Origin: Octopus vulgaris
Taxonomy: Eukaryota
Length of the DNA stretch: 64,000 nt
Reading direction: 5' to 3'
Assembly (NCBI GenBank): GCA_951406725.2
Contig: OX597820.1
Span: 38,998,001-39,062,000 of the forward strand
Numbering within the stretch: the first letter of the stretch is position 1; each line of letters starts with the position of its first letter. The translations under genes and the position numbers were made by a program. Shown here piece by piece: positions 1 through 13,127 of this stretch. Below the pieces are notes generated by a model that worked only from the letters and a program-made list of their open reading frames with translations, was not told the DNA's origin and did no database searches.

Positions 1-238
1 CAGGAAAGTATAAATGCATCAACTACAATAAGATTGGTTTATGCTGTGCTGCTCACACATGACTAGGAATAAAATATTCTTTAAATGTCTCATTTGTCTG
101 TCGTCGACAATATTCTATAGAAATGTTCTTTGCGTCTGAATAAAATGCATATATATATATGTGTGTGTGTGTGTGTGTATAGACACACATGTGTATATGG
201 AAATTTATTTATTGAAATTATATATATGTGTATGTGTA

Positions 239-294
<56 letters not shown>

Positions 295-607
295 TACATA
301 CATACATACATACATACATACATACATCCGAAAACGCGTATATATATGTATACAGACATACACATACTTGCGCACACATACTGAGACAAAGATACACACA
401 CATGTAGATACTGTCAACGTTGGTTATAACTTTCTCGATAATGGGAGAACAGTAAATTTTAATAAAGTATAAACGTCGTAAACATATTTAGAAATATTAT
501 TCTATTGCAGTTTCTGATTTTTTTTTCAAATCTCCAGACATACCATAGATGTAGAATTAGCAAATTATTGATTTCAATTACAACTTATCCCCTCCTTCGA
601 GCAAGTT

Positions 608-784
608 TGGGGAAGGAAATAAGTTGATTACATCGAACCCAGTACTGTACTGGTATTTATTTCACCGACCCCGATATGGATTAAGGGAATAATCGACGGA
701 ATTTGAAGTCAGAACGTAAAGACGGACGAAATACCGCTATTCAGTTTGTCCGGCACACTGACGATTCTGCCAACTCACCGTCCT
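608..784 (-). mobile_element. tRNA-derived SINE with Meta-like central domain (decayed copy)
   Basis: Reverse strand resembles the family seen throughout the window: head GGCGGCGAGCTGGCAGAATCGTTAG, B-box GAGTTCAAATTCC and core CCTTTCATCCTTTCGGGGTCGATAAATTAAGTACCAG. Confidence 0.75.
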
Positions 785-929
785 AAATTACCAAAATATC
801 GATAATGCAAAAATTACAATGGTTTAAGGATTTTTAGAAGTTAAGTTAGCAGTTAGCGCCAGAAACTAAGATCAGTTTGTGAAGTTGGAGAAGAGAAAAG
901 AAATGAAAGAATGTTGTAAGTAAAAATTG

Positions 930-1142
930 GTTTCAAATTTTGACACAAGGCCAGCAATTTCTGGTGTAGGGAGCTAGTCGATTACATAGATACTAGTGTT
1001 CATCTGGTACTAAATTTGTCAATCCTGAAAGGTTAAAAGGCAAAGTCGACCTCAGCGGAATTTGCATAGCACGTAAAAACGGACGGAAGATCGCTGGGCA
1101 TCTTGCCCGGCGTGGTAACGATTCAGCGAGCTCACCGCCTTA
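930..1142 (-). mobile_element. Meta-domain tRNA SINE (decayed copy)
   Basis: Contains AAAGGCAAAGTCGACCTCAGCGGAATTTG and ends with CTCACCGCCTT, the reverse complement of the SINE head. Confidence 0.75.
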
Positions 1143-2024
1143 CCTTTAAACGCAGCACCCTATCAGGGAATCGAAATTTCTTGTAATCGTGAGTTCAATA
1201 CCGTGATCACTAGCCCTTGTGCCCTCATAGTACTAAGTAAAATATTGAGAAAAGTGTGCGTTTTACCGTGTTCAGTTATGCAGCTCGAACTTAATTGGTT
1301 AACATCTTCGAAATGATAAATGCATGAGATGATCAGTAAATACATTTGGAGCAATAGAAAATATTCTGTCTCACTTCACTTGTCACTTCTAGTGACCATT
1401 TTAGTAAATTCTCTGTTCCGCGCCAACCAATATACTCTGTACTTACTCCTCAAAACATCGGCCTTCTGGAATCTTCTCTCGCCTCGTGACTTTATTGCAG
1501 GTATTGGTCAGTAATACGTTAAACGGAACATTATCGGTACCAATTGTCCGGTCTCCGAGAACTTGCAAAAGTCATGGGCACTGCAAATGGCCACAGATTG
1601 AGCAACTAAAAGAGTGTATGAATTAATCTAAAATCGTTAATTCAGACAACTATATTCCTTTAATTAATTATATCATCCGAATTATTCCGTGAAATTTTTA
1701 ATTGTTAAATAAAGAGCCATAATAGTGACGTCAATTACTAAATTTTGAGATCAACATATATTCGTTAGTTTTTACTGTCTTAATCAAAACAATATATCAT
1801 ACTAACTTTGTCGTCCAAACTCTGTTTCTTCACTCATTTATGTATACAATACAACAGATAATTAGATACTTAACAGGAAACGTAAAACCTAAAAGAATAC
1901 GAATTATTCTGAAGTGACTGCTCTGAAAATTAATAGTATAGACAATACTATGCGGAAAATAAGTATCCACATGAACATTGACACCTTGAATTAAGGGTCT
2001 TAGACAAATTAATAGGCATAAAAA

Positions 2025-2665
2025 AGTGCCTATTTCTTTACTACCCACAAGGGGCTAAACACAGAGAGGACAAACAAGGACAGACAAACGGATTAAGTCG
2101 ATTATATCGACCCATAGTGCGTAACTGGTACTTATTTAATCGACTCTGAAAGAATAAAAGGCAAAGTCGACCTCAGCGGAATTTGAACTCAGAAGGTAAA
2201 GACAGACGAAGTACCTATTTCCTTACTACTCACAAGGGGCTAAACACAGAGAGGACAAACAAATGGATTAAGTCGATTATATCGACCCATAGTGCGTAAC
2301 TGGTACTTATTTAATCGACCCCGAAAGGACAAACGGATTAAGTCGATTATATCGACCCCAGTGCGTAACTGGTACTTATTTAATCGACCCCAAAAGGATG
2401 AAAGGCAAAGTCGACCTCGGCGGAATTTGAACCCAGAACATAAAGACAGACGAAATATCTATTTCTTTATTACCCACAAGGGGCTAAACATAGAGGGGAC
2501 AAACAAGGACAGACATAGGTATTATAGTCGATTACATCAACCACAGTGCGTAGCTGGTACTTCATTTATCGACCTCGGCGAAATTATAACTTACAGCGTG
2601 ACGACAGACGAAATACCACTAAGAATTTCGCCCGACTTGCTAACGATTCGACCACCTCACAGGCT
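2025..2665 (-). mobile_element. Head-to-tail multimer of Meta-domain SINE segments
   Basis: About four near-copies of GGATTAAGTCGATTATATCGACCCCAGTGCGTAACTGGTACTT and three of CACAAGGGGCTAAACA. Confidence 0.85.
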
Positions 2666-2699
2666 TAATAATGACAATAATAATGATAATAAAAACGTG

Positions 2700-3760
2700 A
2701 TGAACCCGCGGAAGAATTAGCACGCCGATCAAAAATGCTTAGTAACATGCCGTCTGCTCTTACCCTCTGGGCTCAAATTCCGCAAAATGTCGACTCTTCA
2801 TCCGTTCTGTGTCGATAAAATAAAGCACCAGTTGAGCATTGAGATTGATTTAATCGACTAGCTCCTCACTCACAAAGTTCTGGCTTTGTACCTATAGCTG
2901 AAAAAATTATTATTAACATGATTATCATTATGAAAGTGGTGAGACGGTGAATCCGTTAGTCAAATTAGTCAAAGCGTTTGGTCAAAATACTTGGCAGTAT
3001 TCCGTCCGACTTTACTTTCGGAGCTGAAACGTACCATGGTCGACTTTGCATTTGATCTTACCAGGAACGATAAAATATATACCATTCAAATAATGTTGTC
3101 GATGTAATCGAGTTCACTGTCCCTTAAATACTGCTGGCCTTGTGCCAAAATTTGAACCCATTATAGTTATTGTTAAGGCGGGAAAGCTGGCAGAAACGTT
3201 AGCGTGCCGGACGAAATCCTCAGCGGTATTTCGTCTGTCGATACGTTCTGAGTTCAAATTCCACCGAGGTCGACTTAGCCTTTCATCCTTTCGGAGTTGA
3301 TAAATTAAGTACCAGTTACGCACTGGGATCGATGTAATCGACTCAATACCTATGTCTGTCCTTGTTTTTCCCCTCTATGTTTAACCCCTTGTGGGTAATA
3401 AAGAAATACGTATTTCGTCTGCCGCTACGTTCTCCGTTCAAATTCCGCCGAGGTCAACTTGCCTTTCACCCTGTTGTGGTCGATAAATTAAGTACCAGTT
3501 ACATCCTGGGGGGGATATAATTGACTTAATCTGTTTGTCTGTCCTTGTTTGTCCCCTGTGTGTAGCCTCTTGCAGGCAGTAAAGAATTAAATTATTTAGC
3601 ACGTTGGACAACATACTTAGGGACGTTTCTTCCTGATTTACCTTCTGAGGTCAAATACCACCGAAGCCGACTTTTCGCTTCATCCTTTCGAGATTGATGG
3701 AATCGACTAGTGCACACCTTCCGACTAAATTTTACGTTTTGGTGTTATAGAAGAAATTAT
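2700..3760 (+). mobile_element. Cluster of 4-5 Meta-domain SINE copies of differing age
   Basis: Repeated GTTCAAATTCC..GAGGTCGACTT.GCCTTTCATCC...GATAAATTAAGTACCAGTT-like blocks near 2770, 3030, 3250, 3435 and 3650. Confidence 0.8.
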
Positions 3761-4812
3761 TATTGTTGTCATTTTTGTTACTGTTGCTGTTTTGTTTCTG
3801 TATTTTATTTATTTTTCTTGTTGTTTTGGCTTGCATGTTGTGATGCAAGAACATTTAAAACCTAATAGCCATTGTAGATTCGTTTCTGTTTCTTTTCCTT
3901 AGATGACGTTTTATTGCTCAACCAACCCTACGAATATCTGTAACGATATGTATTTCAGCCGTTGCCATTTCATGTTTCCAGGGTTGTGCGGGTTACATAA
4001 TATATCACACCGCATTTCTTCTTAACAATGAAGCATGTGACAGGTGTAAGTGTTGACTATTAATTTTAGCAAATCGAACGGAGTCGTAATGGTCTGATGG
4101 ATTGTTGTTATAAATAGATGTCAGTTCAGTTTAATGCCATTGCTGGAACTTTCAATACCATTAGTGGTATCCACTCAGAGGCAAAAAAACGCTATCTGAT
4201 AATTAATTGCTCATTTCCACGAAACTGAAGCAGTGAAAATTAGTCATGGTCATTTATATGACTGCTCCGACAACCATTGAAATTATGACGATAAATAAAA
4301 CACAATTCAAAAAGAAAGTGAATGGACATGTACACACACACACACACATACACACACACTAACAAACACGCCCGCACACACACATAATACATACATGAAT
4401 ATGCATTAACAACGATAAAATCCCGCGTCAAAAGATCCATTTACTTGAATCATATGACTTGAATTTATGTGAGCGCTTATTGAATTATTGCATGTCAAAA
4501 CTTCACAGTATTGTAACGGGCGCTGGTGTAGAATAGTTTGCGGAGAAATGATGATTCATGATGTATGTATGTATGCATGTGTGAGCATGTATGGATATAA
4601 ATATGTATTTATGGATGCATATATATATATATACATATATATCTATATATATATATATATACACATATATATATACATATGTATATACATGTATATATAT
4701 ATATATGTTTATATATATGCATATATATTTACATAAATATATATATATATATACATATATATATGTAAATATATATGCATATATATAAACATATATATAT
4801 ACATGTATATAC

Positions 4813-4856
<44 letters not shown>

Positions 4857-4926
4857 GTATATACATGTATATATATATGTTTATATATATATGCATATAT
4901 ATACATACATATATATATATATATAC

Positions 4927-4969
<43 letters not shown>

Positions 4970-5635
4970 TATACATATGTGTATATATATATATGTGTAT
5001 ATATATATATATGTATATATATATATGTGTATGTGTGTATATATATATATATTTTTAAGGAAAAATTCAATATATATGTATAGATATATGTATGTGTGTG
5101 TCTGCACATTTATTACAATTTGTTTCGCCGTCATAAGAAAAAAAACCATGAACCTAAAAACAGGAACTCGAAACTAGTTTACGATATAGTAGACTAAAAT
5201 ATATTTATTGATTCATAAGCTCACAATCGTGTGAGTGTTTCGCTCACTACTGCCTTTTGAAGGCACACATTAAAAATATAGCTAACTGGGTGTACCAACA
5301 TATGGAAATGAATAAAGAGCGTGTTAAAGCGTAATGGTCTATGTAATGTTTGGTGTAGTATTTATGGGGAAATTTGTTAGTAACGTTGAATTTATAAACA
5401 TATCAACATTCGCTACTTTTAGAATTTCGGTTTTTTACATATAATGTAGATTAAAGGAAATATTTCGATGTATCTCGGTCAACCAACATCTAGAAGTTGA
5501 AATGATTAAAGAGAGCACAAAAATTGACTTAAAATTGACTTATTCAATTGTGCCAGGTGGTGCAATTACAGTAGACATTGCCTGGGCCAATTTTGGGTGA
5601 ACCATATATGTATATATATATGTGTGTGTGTGTGT

Positions 5636-5670
<35 letters not shown>

Positions 5671-5742
5671 GGTCCCGGGTTGATTCGGGGTTAACCACAG
5701 TAAATAAGGTACTCAATACATAGCAGAGTAAAATTAATTTAT

Positions 5743-5851
5743 TATATAGAAGGAGCTTCTACAGGTCTAGAACTGTTTCATTCAAGAGAAATCATCAGAG
5801 CTTCCTGATGATTTCTCTTGAATGAAACAGTTCTAGTCCTGTAGAAGCTCC

Positions 5852-5860
<9 letters not shown>
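5743..5860. repeat. Fold-back inverted repeat (56-bp arms, 6-nt spacer) between (TA)n tracts; PLE pseudo-LTR-like end
   Basis: 5743-5798 is the reverse complement of 5805-5860 with one mismatch. Confidence 0.95.
5798..5850 (+). ncRNA. Type I minimal hammerhead ribozyme motif
   Basis: gagcttc-CTGATGA-tttctcttgaat-GAAA-cag-ttctagtc-ct-GTA|gaagctc. 7-bp helix I, canonical core, GUA cleavage triplet after 5843. Confidence 0.85.
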
Positions 5861-5921
<61 letters not shown>

Positions 5922-5922
5922 G

Positions 5923-5972
<50 letters not shown>

Positions 5973-6010
5973 AAAAACTTACTTGGAAAAGGATGCATGG
6001 CGCTAGATCA

Positions 6011-6513
6011 TCTATATATATAAAACTGTAGTTGTGTGAGTGTCTGTCCCCTTCGATTTAGATTCCTAACTCCTCCCACATTTTGCGGTGCAGTTTAACC
6101 AAATTCGGGTATCTTATAGTCGTAATTCATATCGAGCCCGTCTGGCTATTAGCGCGCGTCTACGATCAGTCTACGAGTTTAAAAATAATTTAACATAATT
6201 TTTTATTCCATTTTAATGCATAATTTTTCGTGTGTCGATGGCGGCGGAGTTGGCGTCCACGGTCACACCTGCACCTGTTTGCTTCTCCCCCTTCTTCCCT
6301 CCCTCGTGAAGCTGTGGGGAACGGAGTGTAAGGAAATCAACGTCGTAAAGCGTTGTCAAGGAGACCAGCGTTCTTTTAGAACAACGACTTCATGGCTTGA
6401 AGACACTGAGTCAACGATTTAAAAAAAAAATTATCATCATTTTTTATTCCATTTTTAATGCTTATATAGTTATTTCCCTTACAAACCCGAGCAACGCCGG
6501 GCGATACTGCTAG
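6011..6513 (+). mobile_element. Non-autonomous Helitron
   Basis: Starts A|TCTATATATATAAAA and ends with hairpin CCCGAGCAACGCCGGG followed by CTAG|T. Inserted between A and T with no TSD. Confidence 0.85.
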
Positions 6514-7528
6514 TATAATAATATAAATATATGCATATATACATACCTAGATACATATGTATATATACATGCATATATAGGTACAGGACTTAAAAAAAAA
6601 ACGTTGAATACAATGAGAAACGAAAACATAAAAATAAACACATAGAAACGAACTTTTTTCAAACAACGAAAAAAACAGTTCCGTTTTTTTTGCACTCAAA
6701 GCATTACGTGCCTCAAATGCTCTTTGCATACTTTCATGTTAGAAAGGGTTTTAATGAAAGAAATTTTAATTCTATTATTCCGTAAAACAATATTTAATTA
6801 GTTTGAATGTATACAAATGGATAATAATATTTTTTAAAATTCCATTAGACGTTCTAAAATACTATTAAATTTCATTCAATTTTAAAAAAGGTAAAATCGG
6901 ACAGAACTTATGGGATGACCTGATAATTACATCATTATAAAGGGTGAAAACTAATATACATAAAAAATATATAAAGCAATAAAATATATATAAGAAATGT
7001 TAAGACATATGAAAGGCTTGTACGTGTACATAATGTAAAACGTAGGTTCCATCTGTGATCTTAGGGGGTACACAGGCAACAAATCTGGGACCCCACGACC
7101 AGGAAAATTCTCGTAAGCAGACACTTAAACCAATGCTCCGTAAACATAAACCCGGAATACCAAATTTTCCCCTTCAATCACTGCACTGGAAACACTTCAT
7201 CCCAATTCCGATTGAATAATGAAAGCATACTCATTAAAAATATAAATCACCGCTGAATATCCTTTAGAAAGGAGGAAAAAACACTAAAATTTCTTTGGCA
7301 GTTCGTATGTTTCGGCTCTGAAGTTGAAAGCTTTGGAGTAGAGGTTCCTATATTTTCAGTCGATAAATTGATCAAGTTGAACCACGTTCACACCCCAATA
7401 CATATCTGAAACAGCAGTATAATAAATAAATAAATGAATAAATAAATAAATAAATAAATAAATCTAAATAGTAAATTATTTCTGTCCTTTTTCATGTACT
7501 TCTCTATAAAAACGTACTGTCTTCACAG

Positions 7529-7640
7529 AATAACACAACCGTGGATTTACAAATTCGACAGATGACAAACTTCGATTTCAGATTCCCCGAAGTACAATAT
7601 CGATCACAAGAATTGAATGTTAACCTGTGGTATCTTTCAG
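7529..7640 (+). other. Candidate host-gene exon (unidentified)
   Basis: Pyrimidine-rich tract plus TTCACAG acceptor, CAG|GTATGA donor, open frame NNTTVDLQIRQMTNFDFRFPEVQYRSQELNVNLWYLS. No family recognised. Confidence 0.25.
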
Positions 7641-7689
7641 GTATGACGTGTATACCCACGTCTGCTGTAAAATGGTATTACACAAATAC

Positions 7690-8055
7690 GTACTGGGGTC
7701 GATATAATCGACTTAATCCGTTTGTCTGTCCTTGTTTGTCCTCTCTATGTTTAGCCGCTTGTGGGTAGTAAAGAAATAGGTATTTCGTCTGCCGATACAT
7801 TCTGAGTTCAAATTCCGCCGAGATCGACTTTGCCTTTCATCCTTCTGGGTCGATAAATTAAATACCAGTTACGCACTGGGGTCGATGTAATTGACTTAAT
7901 CCCTTCGGTTGTCCTTGTTTGTCGCCTCTATGTTTAGCCCCTTGTGGGCAATAAAGAAATAAGAAACGTTAGCACGCTGGCGAAATGCTTAGCGGAATTT
8001 CGTCTGTCTTTACATTTTGAGTTCAAATTCCGCCGAGATCGACTTTGCCTTTCCT
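7690..8055 (+). mobile_element. Meta-domain SINE multimer
   Basis: Repeated TGAGTTCAAATTCCGCCGAGATCGACTTTGCCTTTC blocks. Confidence 0.85.
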
Positions 8056-8909
8056 CTTTATTATTACTACTCTCCAATATAAGCGAAACTGGAAAAATTT
8101 CCAACGCTGCTAGTTACCGATAAGGTTTCTTTTGAGTGATTCGAGCTGCGTGTCATATCCCTCAATGTACGACCTTGTACAGATTAAAAAAGTGGGTCTA
8201 TGGAGACTGTGACGTCGTATGCTGTAGAAATACAAGAAACACAGCTACAATATGAGCTCCAAGTCGCTTACCGGATTCATTTGCTAATTATGATTTAAGC
8301 AATAAACACATACTCTATTTTGAATTATAAATGATACGTATATTTATTAATAAATCTATCGGCTTTTCATGAAGATAGAATTTTTACAAGTATTTTGTTC
8401 CTTTTTATAAGTATAAATGCTTGGATGTATTTTTTTAAAACACTTTTCTCGGTTTTGCTTTACTTGTAATTATTTTTAAATCACATTTTCATTCAGTCAG
8501 ACAAATATCTCTACACATTTACTTCGTAATATAAAAAAGTAAAATTCAAACACGAAGAGAAGATACCAAAAAATCGATATTAGTAAATTGCAAAATTAAT
8601 TACCTAAGTCTAACAAAATAGGTAAAAAAAAAATAAAACACAATGTAAATAACTATTCGTTGCAGAAATCTGAAATGCGTTAGATTTCTAAACAAACGGC
8701 AATGCAGGAATCAATATTGAAAGTCTGAGAACTGTGAAAATACGTTAAGTGAAAATGGACACAATACTGTTAAGACGGGAATAACGTTATACATTTAAAG
8801 CTTAGACTTTTTAAGAGGCTGTTCGGAGATTTTGTGTTTTTAATCTTCACGTGATTGGCCAAATGAAATGAGCATTTCTATTTTATCTAAATACACAATA
8901 CGCAGTGTA

Positions 8910-9260
8910 GTGAAGGCATGGCTGTGTGATTAAGACGCTGCTATCTTAACAACGTACTTTGGGGCTCAGTCCTGCTGCATGGCACCTTGGGAGGGTGTTC
9001 CATATTCTAGCTCCGAACCGACAAATTTCTTGGTAGACTAACCGAAAGCCTGGCAAATTATATTTGCTTAAGGAAGCGAAGAGAAACAAAAACCAGCTGT
9101 CAAGCGGGGAGAGCGATAATAACAAGATATATAGACACATATACACACACACTCACACTTATGTATAACAATGACGGGCTTCTGCATAGTTTCCGACCAT
9201 GAAACTCAGACACAACACGTCGAACGGCCGGAACCATAGTGGAAAGCATTGGCCCAATGT
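8910..9260 (+). mobile_element. Second tRNA-SINE family (OK/OR-like), decayed, followed by an inverted fragment
   Basis: GGCATGGCTGTGTGATTAAGACGCT...GGCACCTTGGG...CCGACAAA resembles 30260-30420. Confidence 0.55.
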
Positions 9261-9309
9261 GCCCCGACTCGAGAATGTGTGCCTTCAAAGCGTGCTTCTA
9301 TTATGTATG

Positions 9310-9665
9310 CCGTTACGTTCAGAGTTCAAATTCCGCCGAGGTCGACTTTGCCTTTCATCCTTTCTGGGTCGATAAGTTAAGTACCAGTTACGCACTGGGG
9401 TCAATCCCTTTGTCTGTTCTTGCGTGCCCCTTCTATGTTTAGCCCCTTGTGGGCAATAAAGAAATAAGAAACGTTAGCACGCCGGGCGAAATGCTTAGCA
9501 GTATTTCGTCTGTCTTACGTTCTGAGTTCAAATTCCGCCGAGGTCGACTTTGCTTTCCATCCTTTCGGGGTCGATAAATTAAAAACCAGTTGCGTTTTGT
9601 GGTCGATTTAATCGACCGGCTCCCTCCCCAAAAGTTTCGGGTGTTGTGCCTAGAGTAGAAAAGAA
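9310..9665 (+). mobile_element. Meta-domain SINE dimer
   Basis: Two GAGTTCAAATTCCGCCGAGGTCGACTTTGC cores; tail GTGCCTAGAGTAGAAAAGAAT. Confidence 0.85.
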
Positions 9666-9689
9666 TATGTATGGATGGATGGATATATA

Positions 9690-9728
<39 letters not shown>

Positions 9729-9857
9729 AATAAAGAATTCCAACCTTGTCTGATTTTCACGTTTTATTTACAATCTTATAATGATATATTATAAGATAAT
9801 ATATTATAATTGAATAAAATAAAATGAAATAGTAGAATGTTAAATATTCATTCTGAT

Positions 9858-9902
9858 TGAACTAGTACTTTCATGCATTGAATTCTGCAATCTTCGGGTT
9901 CA
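9858..9902 (-). ncRNA. Mirror-image hammerhead on the other palindrome arm
   Basis: Exact reverse complement of 9980-10024. Confidence 0.75.
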
Positions 9903-9979
9903 TGTAGTAGTGTTGACAGTCATGCTTCACAATTTTTGACTGTCAAAAATTGTGAAGCATGACTGTCAACACTACTACA

Positions 9980-10024
9980 TGAACCCGAAGATTGCAGAAT
10001 TCAATGCATGAAAGTACTAGTTCA
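9980..10024 (+). ncRNA. Type I minimal hammerhead (U4C core variant)
   Basis: tgaac-CCGAAGA-ttgcagaattcaatgcat-GAAA-gta-CTA|gttca. 5-bp helix I, TGCA/TGCA helix II, palindromic helix III AGTACT. Confidence 0.75.
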
Positions 10025-10895
10025 ATCAGAATGAATATTTAACATTCTACTATTTCATTTTATTTTATTCAATTATAATATATTATCTTATAATATATCA
10101 TTATAAGATTGTAAATAAAACGTGAAAATCAGACAAGGTTGGAATTCTTTTATTAATATATTCTTCTATACACAATCACACACACCCATATATATATATA
10201 TATCTATATATATATATATATATATATACAATGAGTAAGTTAAAGTGAAGTTTCGAAATACAGCGAGTAATCGGCATCAAAACGTTTCTCAACCGTCGGA
10301 GCACTATATACTTTGACAGACAAAAGATCAAATTTTTGTCATGAATTTTGCGAGAAACATTATTTCCAAAAATGAATAATAGACGATTGTTAGACAAATG
10401 CATGAGATGATGATTGACTTTCATTCACTTATACGCACAGTTACCTCAAATCAGACACACACACACACACAGACATACACACACACACATACGAACACAT
10501 ATATGCACATACGCACACGCCCCACAGGAACATGGAGATATGTAATCCGATTAAACTTGCAGTGAGGTCAAACGAGTACATGATTAAGAATTAGATAATA
10601 TAGTTGCTATTGTAAAAGCAATAGAGTTACGATTTTTCAATATTTTCTTTCATTTCCAGCATTCACTTCTTTATTTCAATGAATTTGATAATTGCTTAAT
10701 AAAAAAAGGAGCTATCAGGTGATGCAATTGACAGAGTACTTGTGAATCGATTCCATATCAAAGCAAGTTGTTGGTCGTGTTAAGAAGAACTGGTGTAAGA
10801 ACATAATTTGTTATTTATTTTATGTTTTTAAGTTTTGATATATATGGATATATTCCAAAACCTAAATACATAAAACTAATACCAAATTATATATA

Positions 10896-10931
<36 letters not shown>

Positions 10932-11149
10932 TGTATGTATGTATGTATGTATGTATGTATGTATGTATGTATGCTTGTATGTATGCATATATGTGCGTGT
11001 ATGTGTATGTATTCTCTTCTGTATATTTCAATGCTTCCTTTGCGGAAGAAGATGGTTTCTAACAGATGCAAATGTCAATGACTGGAATGTAGATAAGAAA
11101 GGCAATCACACTTTGAACGTGAGAAAAGTCTTTTATATTTTTGCAGTTC

Positions 11150-11600
11150 CGCCAACAGACTGTCTTTGCAATATGCGAGTCGGATGATTGATATCTATTT
11201 CTACGTTCGATTTTTTGGACGTAACCTTAGACGTGACAATGGCCAAGTTTTACCCGTAGTGGAAGCCTAACAAGGATACAATATACAGCCACAAGTGCTC
11301 AAACCATAACACACCCCGGTGTAATTGAAACTACGTTCCAGGCATTAGTAAATGCCTATCTAATATATCGGCCAATAGTGAGATCTTTTTACAGGGCTGT
11401 CCCCTGCTTTGGCTAGGAGCGGATTTACAGAGAAGCCCACGTATGTGAACAACCTCCAAACACACTCTCCTTATCCCAAAATGATTAGGAAAATTATATT
11501 GTATACCCCTTCTTTCTACATACAAGTCTCCACCATCGTAGTTATTGACTTCCTGTCGAGAATGATTTATTCTCGATACCGCAGAACCAGTGGGCCACGG
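11150..11600 (+). pseudogene. Penelope-like element RT/thumb relic
   Basis: Translates to FDFLDVTLDV..FYP*WKPNKDTIYSHKCSNH..GISKCLSNISANSEIF and SGFTEKPTY..IRKIILYTPSF. Matches the PLE FLDVT / KP / SNHP / IIWFNPP pattern, with stops and frameshifts. Confidence 0.8.
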
Positions 11601-13127
11601 CTGCGCTGCAGTTTTATTGAATCAACCCCGTAGCTCTTCTGATATCGGAGTTGATAGTATCAAGAATATGTTCGCTAACAATACCTATATTATTTTAGAG
11701 ATTTGTGATTGGATTGGAAGTTAGGTTTATGCTCCTTAAGTGACTGACGAGAATCCGGATATAGTACCTTAGCACCATCTGCTACTCTGCACCGCCTGCA
11801 CCTAGGTCACCGCTACCAACGAAACCTATGAGCAGGACCGCCAATTACCTACGTTTACCAACCCCCAACGTATATCAATCCCAAAACCGTACCAATTCCC
11901 AACGCTTAGCACGAACGCTAGTATGCATGCGTGCATGTGACTATATATACACATATATACGTATGAATGAATATGCATGTTTGTGTATGCGTGTATGTGT
12001 GTGCATATGTGCGTATGCATGTGTGTGTGCAGTTCAAGTTTATATGCGTGGGTGTATGTGTGTGTGCGCAGACGTGTGCGTATGCACCCATATACAGTTT
12101 GCGCACGATCGCATGGATACATATATGTACGCAAAACCATTTGAGTGCGTCTACATACCTACATATAGAACTATATAGATGCACGTATCGCCCCTTCCTT
12201 CTGTATCACCACGTGGTCTATTTCCCGTCCTACAAGTAGTCAATTTCCAGTTCACCAGGTGGTAATTTCCAACTAACTGTTATCCATATATCAACGTCAA
12301 AACCACGACACCGCGTGACCTTTGTCGACAAGTCGCAGCCCACCTTACAGTAATTACAATCAACTTCTGTCATTCAAATTCAAAATGGCTGACGACTGGC
12401 ATCACACTTGAAACTCAAGAGTACCAATGATTTTGATCCATACATGTAACTCCCAATAAATTTGTTGAGTGCCCTTCTTTCGTTTGTCCATTCACTCGTA
12501 TGTATGTATGTGTGTGTATGTGTGTGTATGTGTGTGTGTACTGTTTACCATTTTCAAGACTTTTTCTTTCCATACATTCAATCTCCCCACACTTGCCTTC
12601 TTTCTTATTTTACCTTAAGTTTGATTAACATGCAGCACATCATATGAATTCCAGCTCATTTTGAATGCTTTCTCTAAGCGTTTATCTAATAGGGTATTCG
12701 TTGTATTATGTTCCTTATGTGTTGTTGATTACAATTTAGCTATTTTTCTATGTAGACACACGCACACACAGACACACACACATTCTCTCACACACACATA
12801 TACACACACATGCATGTGTGTGTTTGCAAATTTCGTGTCGGAAGCAATTCAGTAATGTAAACAATATCAGTATAATTGTTTTCAGATGATAGTAGCTGTG
12901 GTATTTTGACTAAGAGTGTGCCCGTTTAATGACGTGTCAAAAGGCACAGTATATTTCAAAGCTAGGGGAAACGATATCGCCGCGGAAGTGAATATGAATG
13001 TCAGATATCGATATTTCAAAGTGTTGTGTGCGTAATGGTGTCATGTGCTCGCTCCTCTTCTGAAAGTATTCGAAATAACCGAATAAGATTTATACTGCGA
13101 TTTTTAACACGATACATATTTAAATCC

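Larger units (their letters stand above)
9732..10150. repeat. Perfect 419-bp palindrome (209-bp arms, 1-nt centre at 9941)
   Basis: Centre is AATTTTTGAC-T-GTCAAAAATT. Arms are complementary out to AAAGAATTCC/GGAATTCTTT and extend about 7 bp further with one indel. Confidence 0.95.

Noticed and set aside
2025-2665. Regularly recurring repeats resembling a CRISPR array
   Set aside because: Eukaryotic SINE multimers. The intervening sequences are themselves repeated and there are no cas genes.
90-5177. Many ORFs rich in YI/CV/HT dipeptides (here and throughout the window)
   Set aside because: Translations of (TA)n, (TG)n and (TACA)n microsatellites, not genes.
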